NCBI GenBank assembly: GCA_050230475.1 | Contig: JBFLGF010000053.1 | Span: forward strand, 1 to 64,000 | Reading direction: 5' to 3' | DNA from: Ancylonema sp. | Lineage: Eukaryota | Length of the DNA stretch: 64,000 bases | Shown here: positions 27,173 through 37,624 of the stretch, piece by piece | Layout of the letters: each line of letters starts with the position of its first letter | Numbering within the stretch: position 1 is the first letter of the stretch | Translations under genes and position numbers: made by a program | The notes under the pieces: model-generated | The model's database searches: none | Told to the model about the DNA's origin: nothing | The model's input: only the letters and a program-made list of their open reading frames with translations

Positions 27173-27433
27173 TTTCTACACGGATCTCGGACGTAATCTC
27201 TGCTCGTTGCGCCCCAAGTTCAGCAGCTTTAACTTGTCTGATTTCGTCTGGAGGCTTTACATCTCCTGCCTTTATTCCACTGAATGATGCACAACTCAAA
27301 TGATCGACAGGTGTCTATCCGAATGCCGTGTAGTCGTGACTACCTTTCGGAATCTGCTCACAGTTGAAAAAAACTACAATTGTCAGCATTTGGTTCAGTG
27401 AATCCTTCCGTACTGTCACCATGTGCCTGTAGG

Positions 27434-28319
27434 TGGGGATGTGCTCCCCTGTTTGAAATGAAATGGGGGAGGGGGACTCCCCCGTCCCCCGTCCCCCGTC
27501 CTCCGTCCCCCACCCCCGTATACGGGCGACCAGCCGCGGCTGGTAATTTTCCAGCTGCATCGGCTGTATACGGGGGAATCGGGGCACTAATCGGGGAACG
27601 ACGGGCCGGTTGGCGACCCAGAATCTGTTCCTGGCTTTTGGGAGCCAGATTTCAGAACAATCCCCCCCGTAGAGTCTACGGGCATCCGCTACCGCTGCCA
27701 ATGTCAATGCCAATTCGCCACGAACCGGGCCCCAGAATTGTCATTTGGCAAGCGCTACCGCCTGCCAATGTCAGATCCACCGACAAATGATTTGTCATCG
27801 GGACTTGCGCCGCGTGACAATGCCAATTCGCGTGACAAGAGGGGCCCAAACTGTCACGCAAATTGGCCTGGCCAAATATTGACCGCCAATCAGAAACTGC
27901 CACGCACCCTCGCTTCGAGTGTTGTCGTGACCCTTCGGCTTCCGAGGGGTCGCGCTTCGCCGCATCTCAGATCGCGGGCCTCTCTTATTCGTTGACATAC
28001 AAAAATTTGTCACCACGGTAGCGCCAAATGGCAGCGGGAAAATACAATTTTACCGCACGCGCCAGAAATTGACAACACGTGTAAACCCTGGCGGTTAACC
28101 TTGCGACTTGACATTGACATTGGCAGCGGTAGCGGATGCCCTACGGCGTAGAGTCCCCCGTGAGTCCCCCGTTTCCCCCGTGGCCTCCCCCGCATCCCCC
28201 CGACTCCCCCGTTTAACCCAGTTGCGTCCCCCGTATTCCCCCGTAGTTTTAGGAGACGGCGGATCCCCCGTAAGAGGACGGGGGACGGGGGAGTCGGGGG
28301 ACGGGAGAGCGCATCCCTA
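27434..28319. mobile_element. hAT-type MITE with CCCCG(T) subterminal repeats
   Basis: TIR T(A/G)GGGATG(C/T)GCTC; 8-bp flanks CCTGTAGG / CCTCCAGG (6/8) fit a hAT TSD. Confidence 0.7.
27680..28141. mobile_element. PIF/Harbinger (Tourist-like) MITE nested in the hAT MITE
   Basis: Perfect 30-bp TIR GGGCATCCGCTACCGCTGCCAATGTCAATG and 3-bp TSD TAC. Confidence 0.85.
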
Positions 28320-28775
28320 CCTCCAGGTTATTGTCTGTTTGGACTCGATTTGTCGCTAGCGATCTGCTGGTCCATGTGAACCAATCATATTTCACCCATT
28401 CAACAGTCACAGCTCCCAGGATGTCGGATGCAGAGAGAGCTCGACATCTGGCTCACTCCGTCACATTATTCAGCCAATCCGTTTACATTTTGAAGGGCGA
28501 ACTTGGTCCCAGCCTGGCATCACATGTGCGCCAGGTGTGATAGTGTTATCTGGTTGGACGGGTCTTCCAGTACGAAAAAAGGTCAAATGAGACTGCGTGA
28601 CCGGCAACAATCTCGGGGGGAGAAGCGTGTTGCCGAGTTGTTACAGCATCCATGGTACTGAATCGATACACGGGTCTGGATGGGTACTCTATGTGAGTCA
28701 TCATGAATCACTCATGTCTTCTGGCAATTCCGTGACAGCCATGCAGCTCCTGTCAAACCGTGCGGGGTACATTTT

Positions 28776-31034
28776 ATGATCCCTTGCGTGCAATGCAGCG
28801 CGATACCAGTAGGCATGGGATCCTTTATGGTGGTAGATTCAAATTTGCTGCCAACTCGAGCTGAATATACTCTGTTCAAGCTCCAATACGCTCAATTCAA
28901 CGATATCTCGTTATCGGGTTCAGTTGCTTCTGTACTACCCCACCGCTGTCAGAGAAAACTTGTAAATGGAAGCGAGTCCAGAGCACGCGTGAATCTGAAG
29001 CGGATTTTTTTGGCAGAGATTCTGACGGGCCACAGCATTCGAAAACCCTCAGTCCCGTCGATATTTAATTTGGATCCGCCTTCTGGGGCAGTAATATCGT
29101 GTCGGCATACCAATTCCCGCCCAAAACTTGTCGTCGGTCAACATGGCACTGCAGTAAGTCCGTCACATTACCAACTACTGTACCAGCATGGAGACGTCAG
29201 TTCGTCCAGGACCGGCCTAGGCGCTGCCGATCTTGAAGGAGAGATTTTTGAGTTCATGAGCAGCCTGGGCATGGCTGGAAAAACTCCAAGTCGTCAATTG
29301 CTGGAGCGGGAGGGGAGATGCGATTTGATAAGAGCCATGGAGCAGGAGGGTGGGATTTTCACAATAGCGTGGCGCAAAGACACCACCTTAGCAGGCAATG
29401 ATCCAGTTGAAGTCACTAGTAGCCAAGGAGATTCCGGCTTTTCATGGCTGGAGGGAGCCAAGCGGTAATCTTTTTCCATTGTTGACTCTTATAACTGTCT
29501 TGGTTGAAGCTATTGACGACGGATTTTGCCATGGCATTTATCCTATTGTGACATTTGTCGCATAGCTGCCTCTCCAGCCTGGGTCAAGAATTCAAGAAAA
29601 GTTCATGCACGCCACTGCATTTGTACTCAAACGAGTCTGGCCTTGTCATTACCAGCACTGTCTGTGTAAGTTGAGGATACATAACACCAACGATGTTCAT
29701 CTGTGCGCATGAGAACTATAAATCACATTCTTGGATTCTCAGACAGCACACATCTGGCTAACCGTCAAGGTACCATATGAGCATCAAAATACATCGCTCT
29801 GCATCCCTTTCTCAACTCAAAGTACTGGCTGCAGAAAATTGAATGTCGATACATGTGGTACAGGCTATTGTATGGTCGCAAAGGGGATGATACGACTGAT
29901 GACTGGGAAAGACTGGCTCTATTTTTCGGCTTCAGTCCTGCCCCTGCCCCTACAGAGGTAAAATTCATACCTGAGTTTCCTCTGAACACAGCCTCACCAA
30001 TACTAGTTCCAGTTTAGGCATGCTGCTGTGATACCCGTAAATTTCCAATGTATTCTCATGATTCTATGATCTAATGTTACGATTAAGAGTGCATCCGAAT
30101 CTGGAAGTATATGTATCTCCTTTCGTCTCTTGATGCTGTCGTATCCGTAAACGTATTTTGTCCCCCATGTTACGTTCATGCAATGCGGGTCAGGCACATC
30201 CACTTCTCTATGAAGTCGGTTTGAAACCGCTTTTCAAAGAGTTCAAATAAATGGCTGCACTCTCTCTGCTCAGGCGATCAGTAGCCCACCGAGAAAGCAC
30301 CGCTATCTGTCTCAAGAGGATCCTCTTCCTTCCCATTCTCCATACGGCGCCCAACGTTCATCTTCAAGCCACCATCCCTACCATCCGTCTCTCTCTCAAC
30401 CCCTCACACACCATGCGTGGGTGCCGAAAGGCCCTCCGATTTCCCTCTTCGGGACAGGAATCGCAGCACACGAAAGCGTGAGGACACAGTACGCCGACCC
30501 AAGGACTTTGGGAGTTTCTGACGTGTGGTCAGCTGCACTGCCAAACGAACCACAGGAACAGACAGGTAAGGCACTGGGTTTGGTGGCGGACTTGTCAGGG
30601 CGGGGGAGGCAGAGGTAGAGGGGAACAAGGGAAGTGGATACAGAAGGGTAAAAAAGGGGGAGAGGAGGATGAAATGATGCAATGCAGTTGGGGTGAGAGT
30701 CTGGAGGTCTGTCAAAGTGGTTTTAGATGATGGACGTAAGCGTGTTTCCTAGAAATTCGATGAAGTCAGGCTGCATGTGAAAAGGGAAATTTGGGTGGGG
30801 AGGGGGGAGGTCATGGAAGAGGATCATGAAGTGAGGGGGATGGATTGGTTACAGGCTGGTCGATTATATCTACCATTTTCTCGCTTTCGCTTTGCCATCT
30901 TATATCATCTTGCAATCTTGTCATTGTTGTGGTGACAGATAAAATTTATTGTGGATGGAGTTTGGAAGGTGGATCCACACCGGCCAGTTGTGCGAACTAA
31001 GGGCAACGAACACAATCTGCTAAAAATTGTGTAG
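28776..31034 (+). CDS. PTST2/FLO6-like protein (N-terminal PTST2 motif plus C-terminal CBM48), apparently degenerate
   Basis: LEGEIFEFMSSLGMAGKTPSRQLLEREGRCDLIRAMEQEGG resembles the PTST2/3 N-terminal motif. Last exon 30939-31034 IKFIVDGVWKVDPHRPVVRTKGNEHNLLKIV* is a CBM48 C-terminus. Start codon and middle exons unresolved. Confidence 0.7.
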
Positions 31035-31436
31035 GACGTGATTTTGTTGTGTGTAAAGGTTCTTGCTCCCGATTCTCTTTATTGATCGCGTTTGGTGTGC
31101 AATAGGTTTGCTTTATATGTTTATGCATTTAGTGCGGTGTGATTATTTTTATGGTACCCTCTTGTTTTCTTTGTTACTTATACTTGTCATAATATGTAAA
31201 TGGCAAGGTATTCTGCCACATAGATATGATGTCGATGTAGATAGGTATGATGTCGATTTGTGTAAGTGTCTGACTGTAAGCAATTATCGCGAGATGGTTG
31301 GAGCATACTGCAACCATGTTGATAATCACAAATTTGTTTTGCCACGGTGTAAGCTCCAACATTGTTGACTTTGCTTGTGTGTTGAGGTTGAGATTCCAAT
31401 ATAATGAATGATATGTATATATATATATCTCCATTA

Positions 31437-31671
31437 CCGTAGTGGCCATACATAATGACCCGGGTTTTTTAAACGAGTTAATTTAGCCAAGAAACCACCA
31501 CTTGACCAAACACGCGCACCTAATATGTATTTTCCCAAAATCCTGAAAAAATATTTATTTGATGACCCACATTATAGAATGACCCACTTTTTCAAAAAAA
31601 TGAACTATTTAATTTGACCCGACCCACCCTTTTCATAATTATTGAAGGGTCATAATGTGTGGCCAATACGG
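31437..31671. mobile_element. Short (235 bp) MITE of the CCGTAGTGGCCATACATAATGACCC family (copy C)
   Basis: TIRs with TA flanks; colinear with 48292-48531. Confidence 0.85.
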
Positions 31672-32196
31672 TATATGGATACTTGTATACTATGTATACT
31701 TTATTTGTTAAGAAGACAATGTATGGTGATTCGATCATGGTGAAGCATGAACGCTAGAAATTATACACGTAAATCACCCCGTTTAGCGTTCGAGTACTTC
31801 GAGCTTGTCAATTGTTAACACTCCATATTTGTGGAGATGTGTACGCTTGGTCCATGGGGCATGGTGCTATGTTTTTCCAACATAATGATCCGCGTAGAAA
31901 ATAATGAGGAGAAGAAGCAAACAGCATTCGATCTGAGGACCTTTAGTGCAGTGGCAATGACAACTTACTAGGGAACTAGACAAGGGATCTTATCACGAAA
32001 TTCATTGCCCACCACGACTCACTCCATTTATTTGATTGAAGGGCCGCATAAAGATGATCCAAGAGTCTTGTACAAAATTTTCCCCATTGCATTGCAAGTT
32101 TTTGTCGGTGTAATGTGTTTTTGTCCCCCCTTGTTTTGTTTGTCGACGTCATCACCATTTCCATGCGGTTCCGAAGTGCGGCTCATAGGTTCCAAG

Positions 32197-32960
32197 CTTA
32201 GTTGCACCAATACGTGGTTGCCGTTTGCATACGGCCGTTTGCATACGGCCCATACATTATCCTTGCCGTATGTAGTTTTCCATACGGCTATGTTTTTATT
32301 ATTATTATTATTTTAATAATAAAAATATAAATATTGTGCTGTAAATTTTCGCTACACAATTTCCGGTCCGAAAATTATGTTGATTCATTTTTTTTTTAAA
32401 TGTTTTTATTGTCATTTATATCCATCTATTGTATTTGAAAGTGATTATAACTAATTTTTCATATCTTCACGATTTTGAGCATTGATGAGAAACGAATTTT
32501 CTTATTTCAAACTCCGCCTCCTTTTCATTCAACTTCCATCTTCTTCATTCCATTTTTTTAAATCCAATTCTCTCATGCTTGGTGTGACAAGAAAGCAAAT
32601 CAACTTAACAATAAATACAAAGTCAAGTACATGTACTCGGCTTCAAGTATCTATCAAAACCCCTTACGAATAGCATGTAGCATAGGTACATCTACGAAAA
32701 TGCCGATCGGAGGGACACAGTTTGCCGCCGACTCGTAGATATACACCTACGCCTACACTTTCAATGTAAGCGCACAGCGTAGGTGTGTCAAGTAAGGTTA
32801 CGGGTTGATTAGTTCTTGAATATCCATATCCGTGAAATGAAATTTTCAATGTTAAAATTTTTCCTGGACGTATGTAGCCGAATGGAAGCGCCACGTATGG
32901 CTGGCAAAAGTATGGCATACGGCGTATATGTTTTTTTTTTTCCGTATGGGTGCAACTATG
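32197..32960. mobile_element. hAT-like non-autonomous element
   Basis: TIR C(T/A)TAGTTGCACC and CATACGG/CCGTATG subterminal repeats at both ends; no clean TSD. Confidence 0.55.
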
Positions 32961-33258
32961 CACCTTCCAAGTGCATGATCAGTTCCTAATTATCATTGCG
33001 ACTTCAATCCAACGAAATCTAAGTTATAGTTAGCCCCAAATCGTTCGGAAATTTCCGGACCCCCCCGGCTTTGAACCACCAAATAAATAAATCCACTAAG
33101 AATTACCGAGAAGTTGGGTAAAATTACGAAGTATGTTGGGCCAAACGCATGTAGAGTAACTATGCGTAGTGACACTATCATGGACAATGGGGGCTTTGTG
33201 TCACTTCATCACTTCATCACTCTATCACTCAAGCATGGGGGTGCAATGGGGGTTTTTT

Positions 33259-33375
33259 TTCACAGCTTTACAAACACAAACAATAAAAGTGAAAGTTTGA
33301 CATAGATTAATCGGTTGCATAATTTTGTGTGCAAGCCAAAACTTAGTACAATCGAGTGTGATCCATGCCCCCTTC
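33259..33375 (-). repeat. Older inverted LTR of the same Copia family, left fragment
   Basis: Diverged reverse complement of the LTR segment GAGGGGGCATGGATCACACTCG...TTTGTAAAG(C/T)TGTGAA. Confidence 0.85.
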
Positions 33376-33782
33376 TGTTAGTTTTTAGGGTCTGTGAACT
33401 TTTGTCGGTATATCGATTTTAGGGCTTGTTCGGAAGTTAAGTTTTTAGTTATGTCGATTTTGTCGTTTTGCCCGTCGATATGATTGAGATGTTAGTATTT
33501 GGCCATATGGCACTTTTTCGATAAGTTTAGATGATCTGGCACAATACTTGAATACGATTGGTGTTTACTAGTAAGTTCCGATCAGAAGAGATCTTTGACT
33601 AGGAGGGGGCATGGATCACACTCGATTATATTGAGTCAGGGCTTGCACGCAGAATTTTGCAATCAATCATTCTATCTCAAACTTGCACTTTTGTTGTGTG
33701 TGTTTGTAAAGTTGTGAATGTTTGTTTCAAGAGTGTGAAGTCTGTTACTTCTTGCATCTATGGCAGAAGATAGCAACCACAG

Positions 33783-33794
33783 TGGTATCAGAGC
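33783..33794 (+). promoter_or_regulatory. Primer binding site (initiator tRNA-Met)
   Basis: TGGTATCAGAGC 1 nt after the 5' LTR. Confidence 0.9.
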
Positions 33795-34345
33795 AAGGTA
33801 CTACATTTTAGATGGAGACAAAGTTTCATTCCAAGCTTGGCGATCTAAGGCATCTGCAACACTCGATGACGCAGACTGTCTTGAGATCTGCAAGGGAATA
33901 GAAATAGAACTAGAGGAATTTTATCCAGCATATGATGACGAGCACTGGATCACAAACCAGGATGAGATGGATCAGTACACAGAAGACATCATAAGTTTTC
34001 GAAAGCGATCTAAGAAAGTTGTGATGCTGATTATGGGACTTGTGAGTGAGGACATAGCTACAGCCCTCGAGGAGTATGAGAGAAAACGTGCAAAAATGTG
34101 GAAGTACTTGAAGGAAGAATACGCCAAAGTGACTCCGGAGCTGAAGCAGCTTGCTAAACAACGACTAAATTCTTTCAAAGTCAATGAAAAGCTGCCAATC
34201 CGAGACATCATGATAGACTTTTTGTCGATTATCAAAGCCTACACACACCAGAAGCACAAATTCAGTGAGGAGGATCAAGTACTGGCGTTGTTTGCAGGGA
34301 TGTCCAGAACTAAGTATGGAATGCTTAAAAAGCTATACTTATCAT
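33795..34345 (+). pseudogene. Truncated Copia gag
   Basis: ILDGDKVSFQAWRSKA...AKMWKYLKEEY...QRLNSFK...SEEDQVLALFAGM is a Copia gag pattern; it breaks off before the zinc knuckle. Confidence 0.75.
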
Positions 34346-34481
34346 TACTACACAAAGCATTTTACAAACAGCATCAATTGCATCATGAAAAATAGTGCCT
34401 TAGATGCCACGTGGACTTCAATCAGAATAGTAATTATATGCTCGCATGCGAGACCATTACCTTGTATGATGTAATCGTAAC

Positions 34482-35162
34482 TTAGACGGGTGGGGCTGGA
34501 GGAGGAATCTCTAGATTCTTAATTGGAACATAGGAAGGTGTCACATTCCCCTGTCCTTCACCCACGAGCGCCCAAACTTTGATGTTCGCGTCAAGAATGA
34601 TTCTGGCCGACTGCGAGAACTCGTAGTGAGTGTCCCACAGCCATTGGAGCTGGTAGACTTTGGTCGAGTTCGTGGGGATCGCATACACCGCCATGATGGC
34701 CCCGACCCCCCCTATATCGAACACGCCCACGTCACGCCAGTAACTGCTCGAGTCATCAAAAATTGTCCAGCGGGGCCCCACCGTGCACTTACACGGCACA
34801 CGTGTGAAATTGATGTTGATGATTCCCGTAGAGGGGTCTGCCAGAAGTGAGAAGGCCATGGGGTTGAGGTCAAAGTGATTGTTCGGCCAGCCGCCCGAGT
34901 TGGGGTAGTTCCCCATGTCCCCACTGTAGTTCTTAGGGTAGTCCCAGTCAGCAATACGCATAGTGATGCCAGGCCCTGGCTTGCAGAAGACCATATGCGC
35001 ATATCGCGGGCGGACCACGCATTGTAAGCGGTAGCACTGTCCGCAGGCCTCACCCGTGAAGTAGGAGAAGCCGGGGGTCAAGGGGTTGCCTAACCGGGGG
35101 TCGGGATTCGCTGCCACCATGTAGTTCAGCTCCGGGCTTAGGTAGTTCTGCGGGTAACCGCA
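34482..35162 (-). pseudogene. Intronless 5'-truncated expansin (DPBB/GH45-like plus CBM63-like domains) captured in antisense
   Basis: CGY, GEACGQCYRLQC, HFDL, AFSLLA..GIININFTRVPC, DIGGVGAI motifs; continuous ORF to a stop; no signal peptide or ATFYG segment. Confidence 0.88.
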
Positions 35163-35241
35163 TATCTCAAATCTCGCATCATGCACATCATGCACATCTC
35201 ACATCAGTGTGTTGTGAACTGAATGCAGCAGCCGACATGGA

Positions 35242-36391
35242 GTGGCCAGATCGGTGATGGCAGAAGAAAAGTTTACTCGCAAGGGAGATTGGTCTTCTGT
35301 CGATGAAGGGGTTCCTGATGTTGACGGCAATCCTTTGTCTCAGCTTCAGGCACTTCCTCCTCCTCAGACTGACAAATGTTCTGAGCTGGTTAGCAATTCG
35401 AGTGGAGATGAAAGTGACCAGGATCTGCTAGAGGATGGGCCTGAGTGGTATCCTGATGAAGCAACTCCTGAGAACCCGGTGTTTACAACGACAAAAGAGA
35501 AAATCAAAGATGGTGTCAAGGCTGCTCAGGATGCAGTTCGACGCTCAACTCGTGAAAACATGGGTATTCTAGCAAACGCATTTGTCGTTGCATACGTTGG
35601 TGGACTGGATGTAGAATCAAAAACTCCAAAAACTATGGCAGAAGCTGTTAACAGTCTATAAAAAGAAAAGTGGTAGGAGGCAAGTGGGGGAGATTGCTGA
35701 AGGTGCTGCGATTGAGGGTGTTGGCTACAAGTCTGCTATGGGCAATCTTCTCTACTTGTGCTATGGAACCCGTCCAGATCTGGCTGCTGCAGTGAACTCT
35801 TAGTGCAGATACAACCAGAATCCGGGGGAGCATCATTGGGAGGGGGTTAAGAGGGTACTCAGATATTTGCAGGGAACAGCGGCTCTTGGCTTGATGTACA
35901 AAAGAGGTGCAGACTTGCCAGTAGTTGGCTAATCGGATGCCAGTCATGGTGATGATTTCGACTCTAGGAGGGGGCGTGCTGGATATGTGTTTTTGAGTGG
36001 AGGGGCAGCGCTCAGCTGGAAGAGCAGTCTGCTGGAGACTATTACTCATTCTAGTTGTGAGAGTGAATACTTGGCTTTGAGTGGAGCACGGAATGAGGCT
36101 ATCCATCTCAGTCAGATGCTGAAGGAGTTGGAAATTGATGGTGAAGGGGGTGTGGTGTTGTTGGGAGATAATGAGAGTTCGATGAAGCTTGCAAAAAACC
36201 CTGTATTTCACAAGAGGTATAAGCACATTGAAATAAAATACCATTCGATCAGGGAGAGGATTGCAAATAAGAAAATTGAGTTGCAATTTGTAAGGAGTGA
36301 AGAGTAGGCTGGAGACATGTTTACAAAAGCAGTCTCTATCAAGGTGTTGAAGGTCAAGTGTGCACTTGTTGGTTTGGTTCATGAGGAGTAG
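35242..36391 (+). pseudogene. Deleted and frameshifted Copia pol remnant (pre-RT linker, RT C-terminus, RNase H)
   Basis: PKTMAEA, TRPDLAAAV, HWEGVKRVLRYLQGT, ALSWKS, SSCESEYLA, GDNESS, NPVFHKRYKHIEIKYH. Stops present; protease, integrase and RT core absent. Confidence 0.9.
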
Positions 36392-36864
36392 AGAACTTGT
36401 GAAAAATCGATATTGATGCTTATCATTTTTGGAGGGGGGGAAAATTCCCAAGGAGGGGGTGTTAGTTTTTAGGGTCTGTGAACTTTTGTCGGTATATCGA
36501 TTTTAGGGCTTGTTCGGAAGTTAAGTTTTTAGTCCTGTCGATTTTGTCGTTTTGCCCGTCGATATGATTGAAATGTTGGTTTTGCCCATCTGGCAGTTTG
36601 TCGATAAGTTTAGATGATCTGGCACAATACTTGAATACGATTGGTGTTGACTAGTAAAATCTGATCAGTAGAGATCTTTGACTAGGAGGGGACATGGATC
36701 ACACTCAATTGTACTCAGTCAGGGCTTGCACACAAAATTCTACAATCAATCAATCTATCTCAAACTTGCACTTTTGTTGTGTGTGTTTGTAAAGCTGTGA
36801 ATGTTTGTTTCAAGAGTGTGAAGTCTATTACTTCTTGCATCGATGGCAGAAGATAGTAGCAACA

Positions 36865-37078
36865 CCTCCTAGTCAAATATCTCTACTCGTCGAAACTATC
36901 AAGTCAACACCCATCATATTCTTGCATTGCGCCAAGTCACCTATTCTTATCGACACGTTACCCAATCTTATCGACACGTTGCCAGGTGGCCAAAAGTAAC
37001 GTCACAATCATATCGACAGGCAAAACGACAAAATCGACGAAATTAAACTTAAGCCCTAAAATCGATATAATGACAAAC
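36865..37078 (-). repeat. Older inverted LTR of the same Copia family, right fragment
   Basis: CCTCCTAGTCAAA...GGCAAAACGACAAAATCGAC...AAGCCCTAAAATCGATATA is the reverse complement of the LTR 5' half. Confidence 0.85.
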
Positions 37079-37089
37079 GTTGCTATAAC

Positions 37090-37394
37090 GTGTGTCACTA
37101 TAGCGATTGTCACTATATCGAGTGGGTTTTTATATAGGATTAGAAAAAGGGCAGAAAAAATGTCACTATATCGTGATTGTCACTATATCGAGTGTCACTA
37201 TATCAAGGGTTTACTGTAGTACGGTGCAACCGAGTCTTGTTTCTAGATTTTTCATGTTGAGCTCCGGGCTCTTTGGGCTGAATTGGGCTATGATCCGGGC
37301 TCCGGGCGCATTCTGGGCTCGTGAGGCTTGGGTTCCGGGCTCATGAGGCTGGATGCCTGAGCCCAGAGCAGATGCTTGGGCTCCCGGCACCCTA
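37090..37394. repeat. Two orphan DNA transposon ends: Tc1/pogo-type (to 37216) and hAT-type (to 37394)
   Basis: GTCACTATATC repeats ending AAGGGTTTACTG|TA; GGGCTC repeats ending GGCACCCTA. Confidence 0.55.
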
Positions 37395-37624
37395 CTCACG
37401 CTGAGGGACATTGTAGGCGCAATCACAGCGAGTGTGACGCCAAATTCGACGCGAAGGCCTGGCGACGTCATTTTTTTTTTCAAGTCTGACAGCTAATTCT
37501 GACAGCACAATCAGCGACGGAGCTCTCTTCTGAAGCTCGACGACTCCATTTTCGGGCCCGCCCACGGAATGAGAGCACGCATCGCAATGAGGGAACTACT
37601 CATAAGTTAGCCACCATCATTTCC

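Larger units (their letters stand above)
33376..36864 (+). mobile_element. Non-autonomous Ty1/Copia LTR retrotransposon carrying an expansin cargo
   Basis: LTRs 33376-33781 and 36460-36864 (TG...CA, ~30 differences in ~405 bp by hand count). PBS TGGTATCAGAGC at 33783, PPT AAGGAGGGGG at 36450-36459, TSD CCTTC/CCTCC. Confidence 0.95.

Noticed and set aside
35163..35195. ATG at 35195 as the true expansin start
   Set aside because: MHDVHDARFEI derives from CATC-rich repeat sequence next to the cargo and provides no signal peptide.
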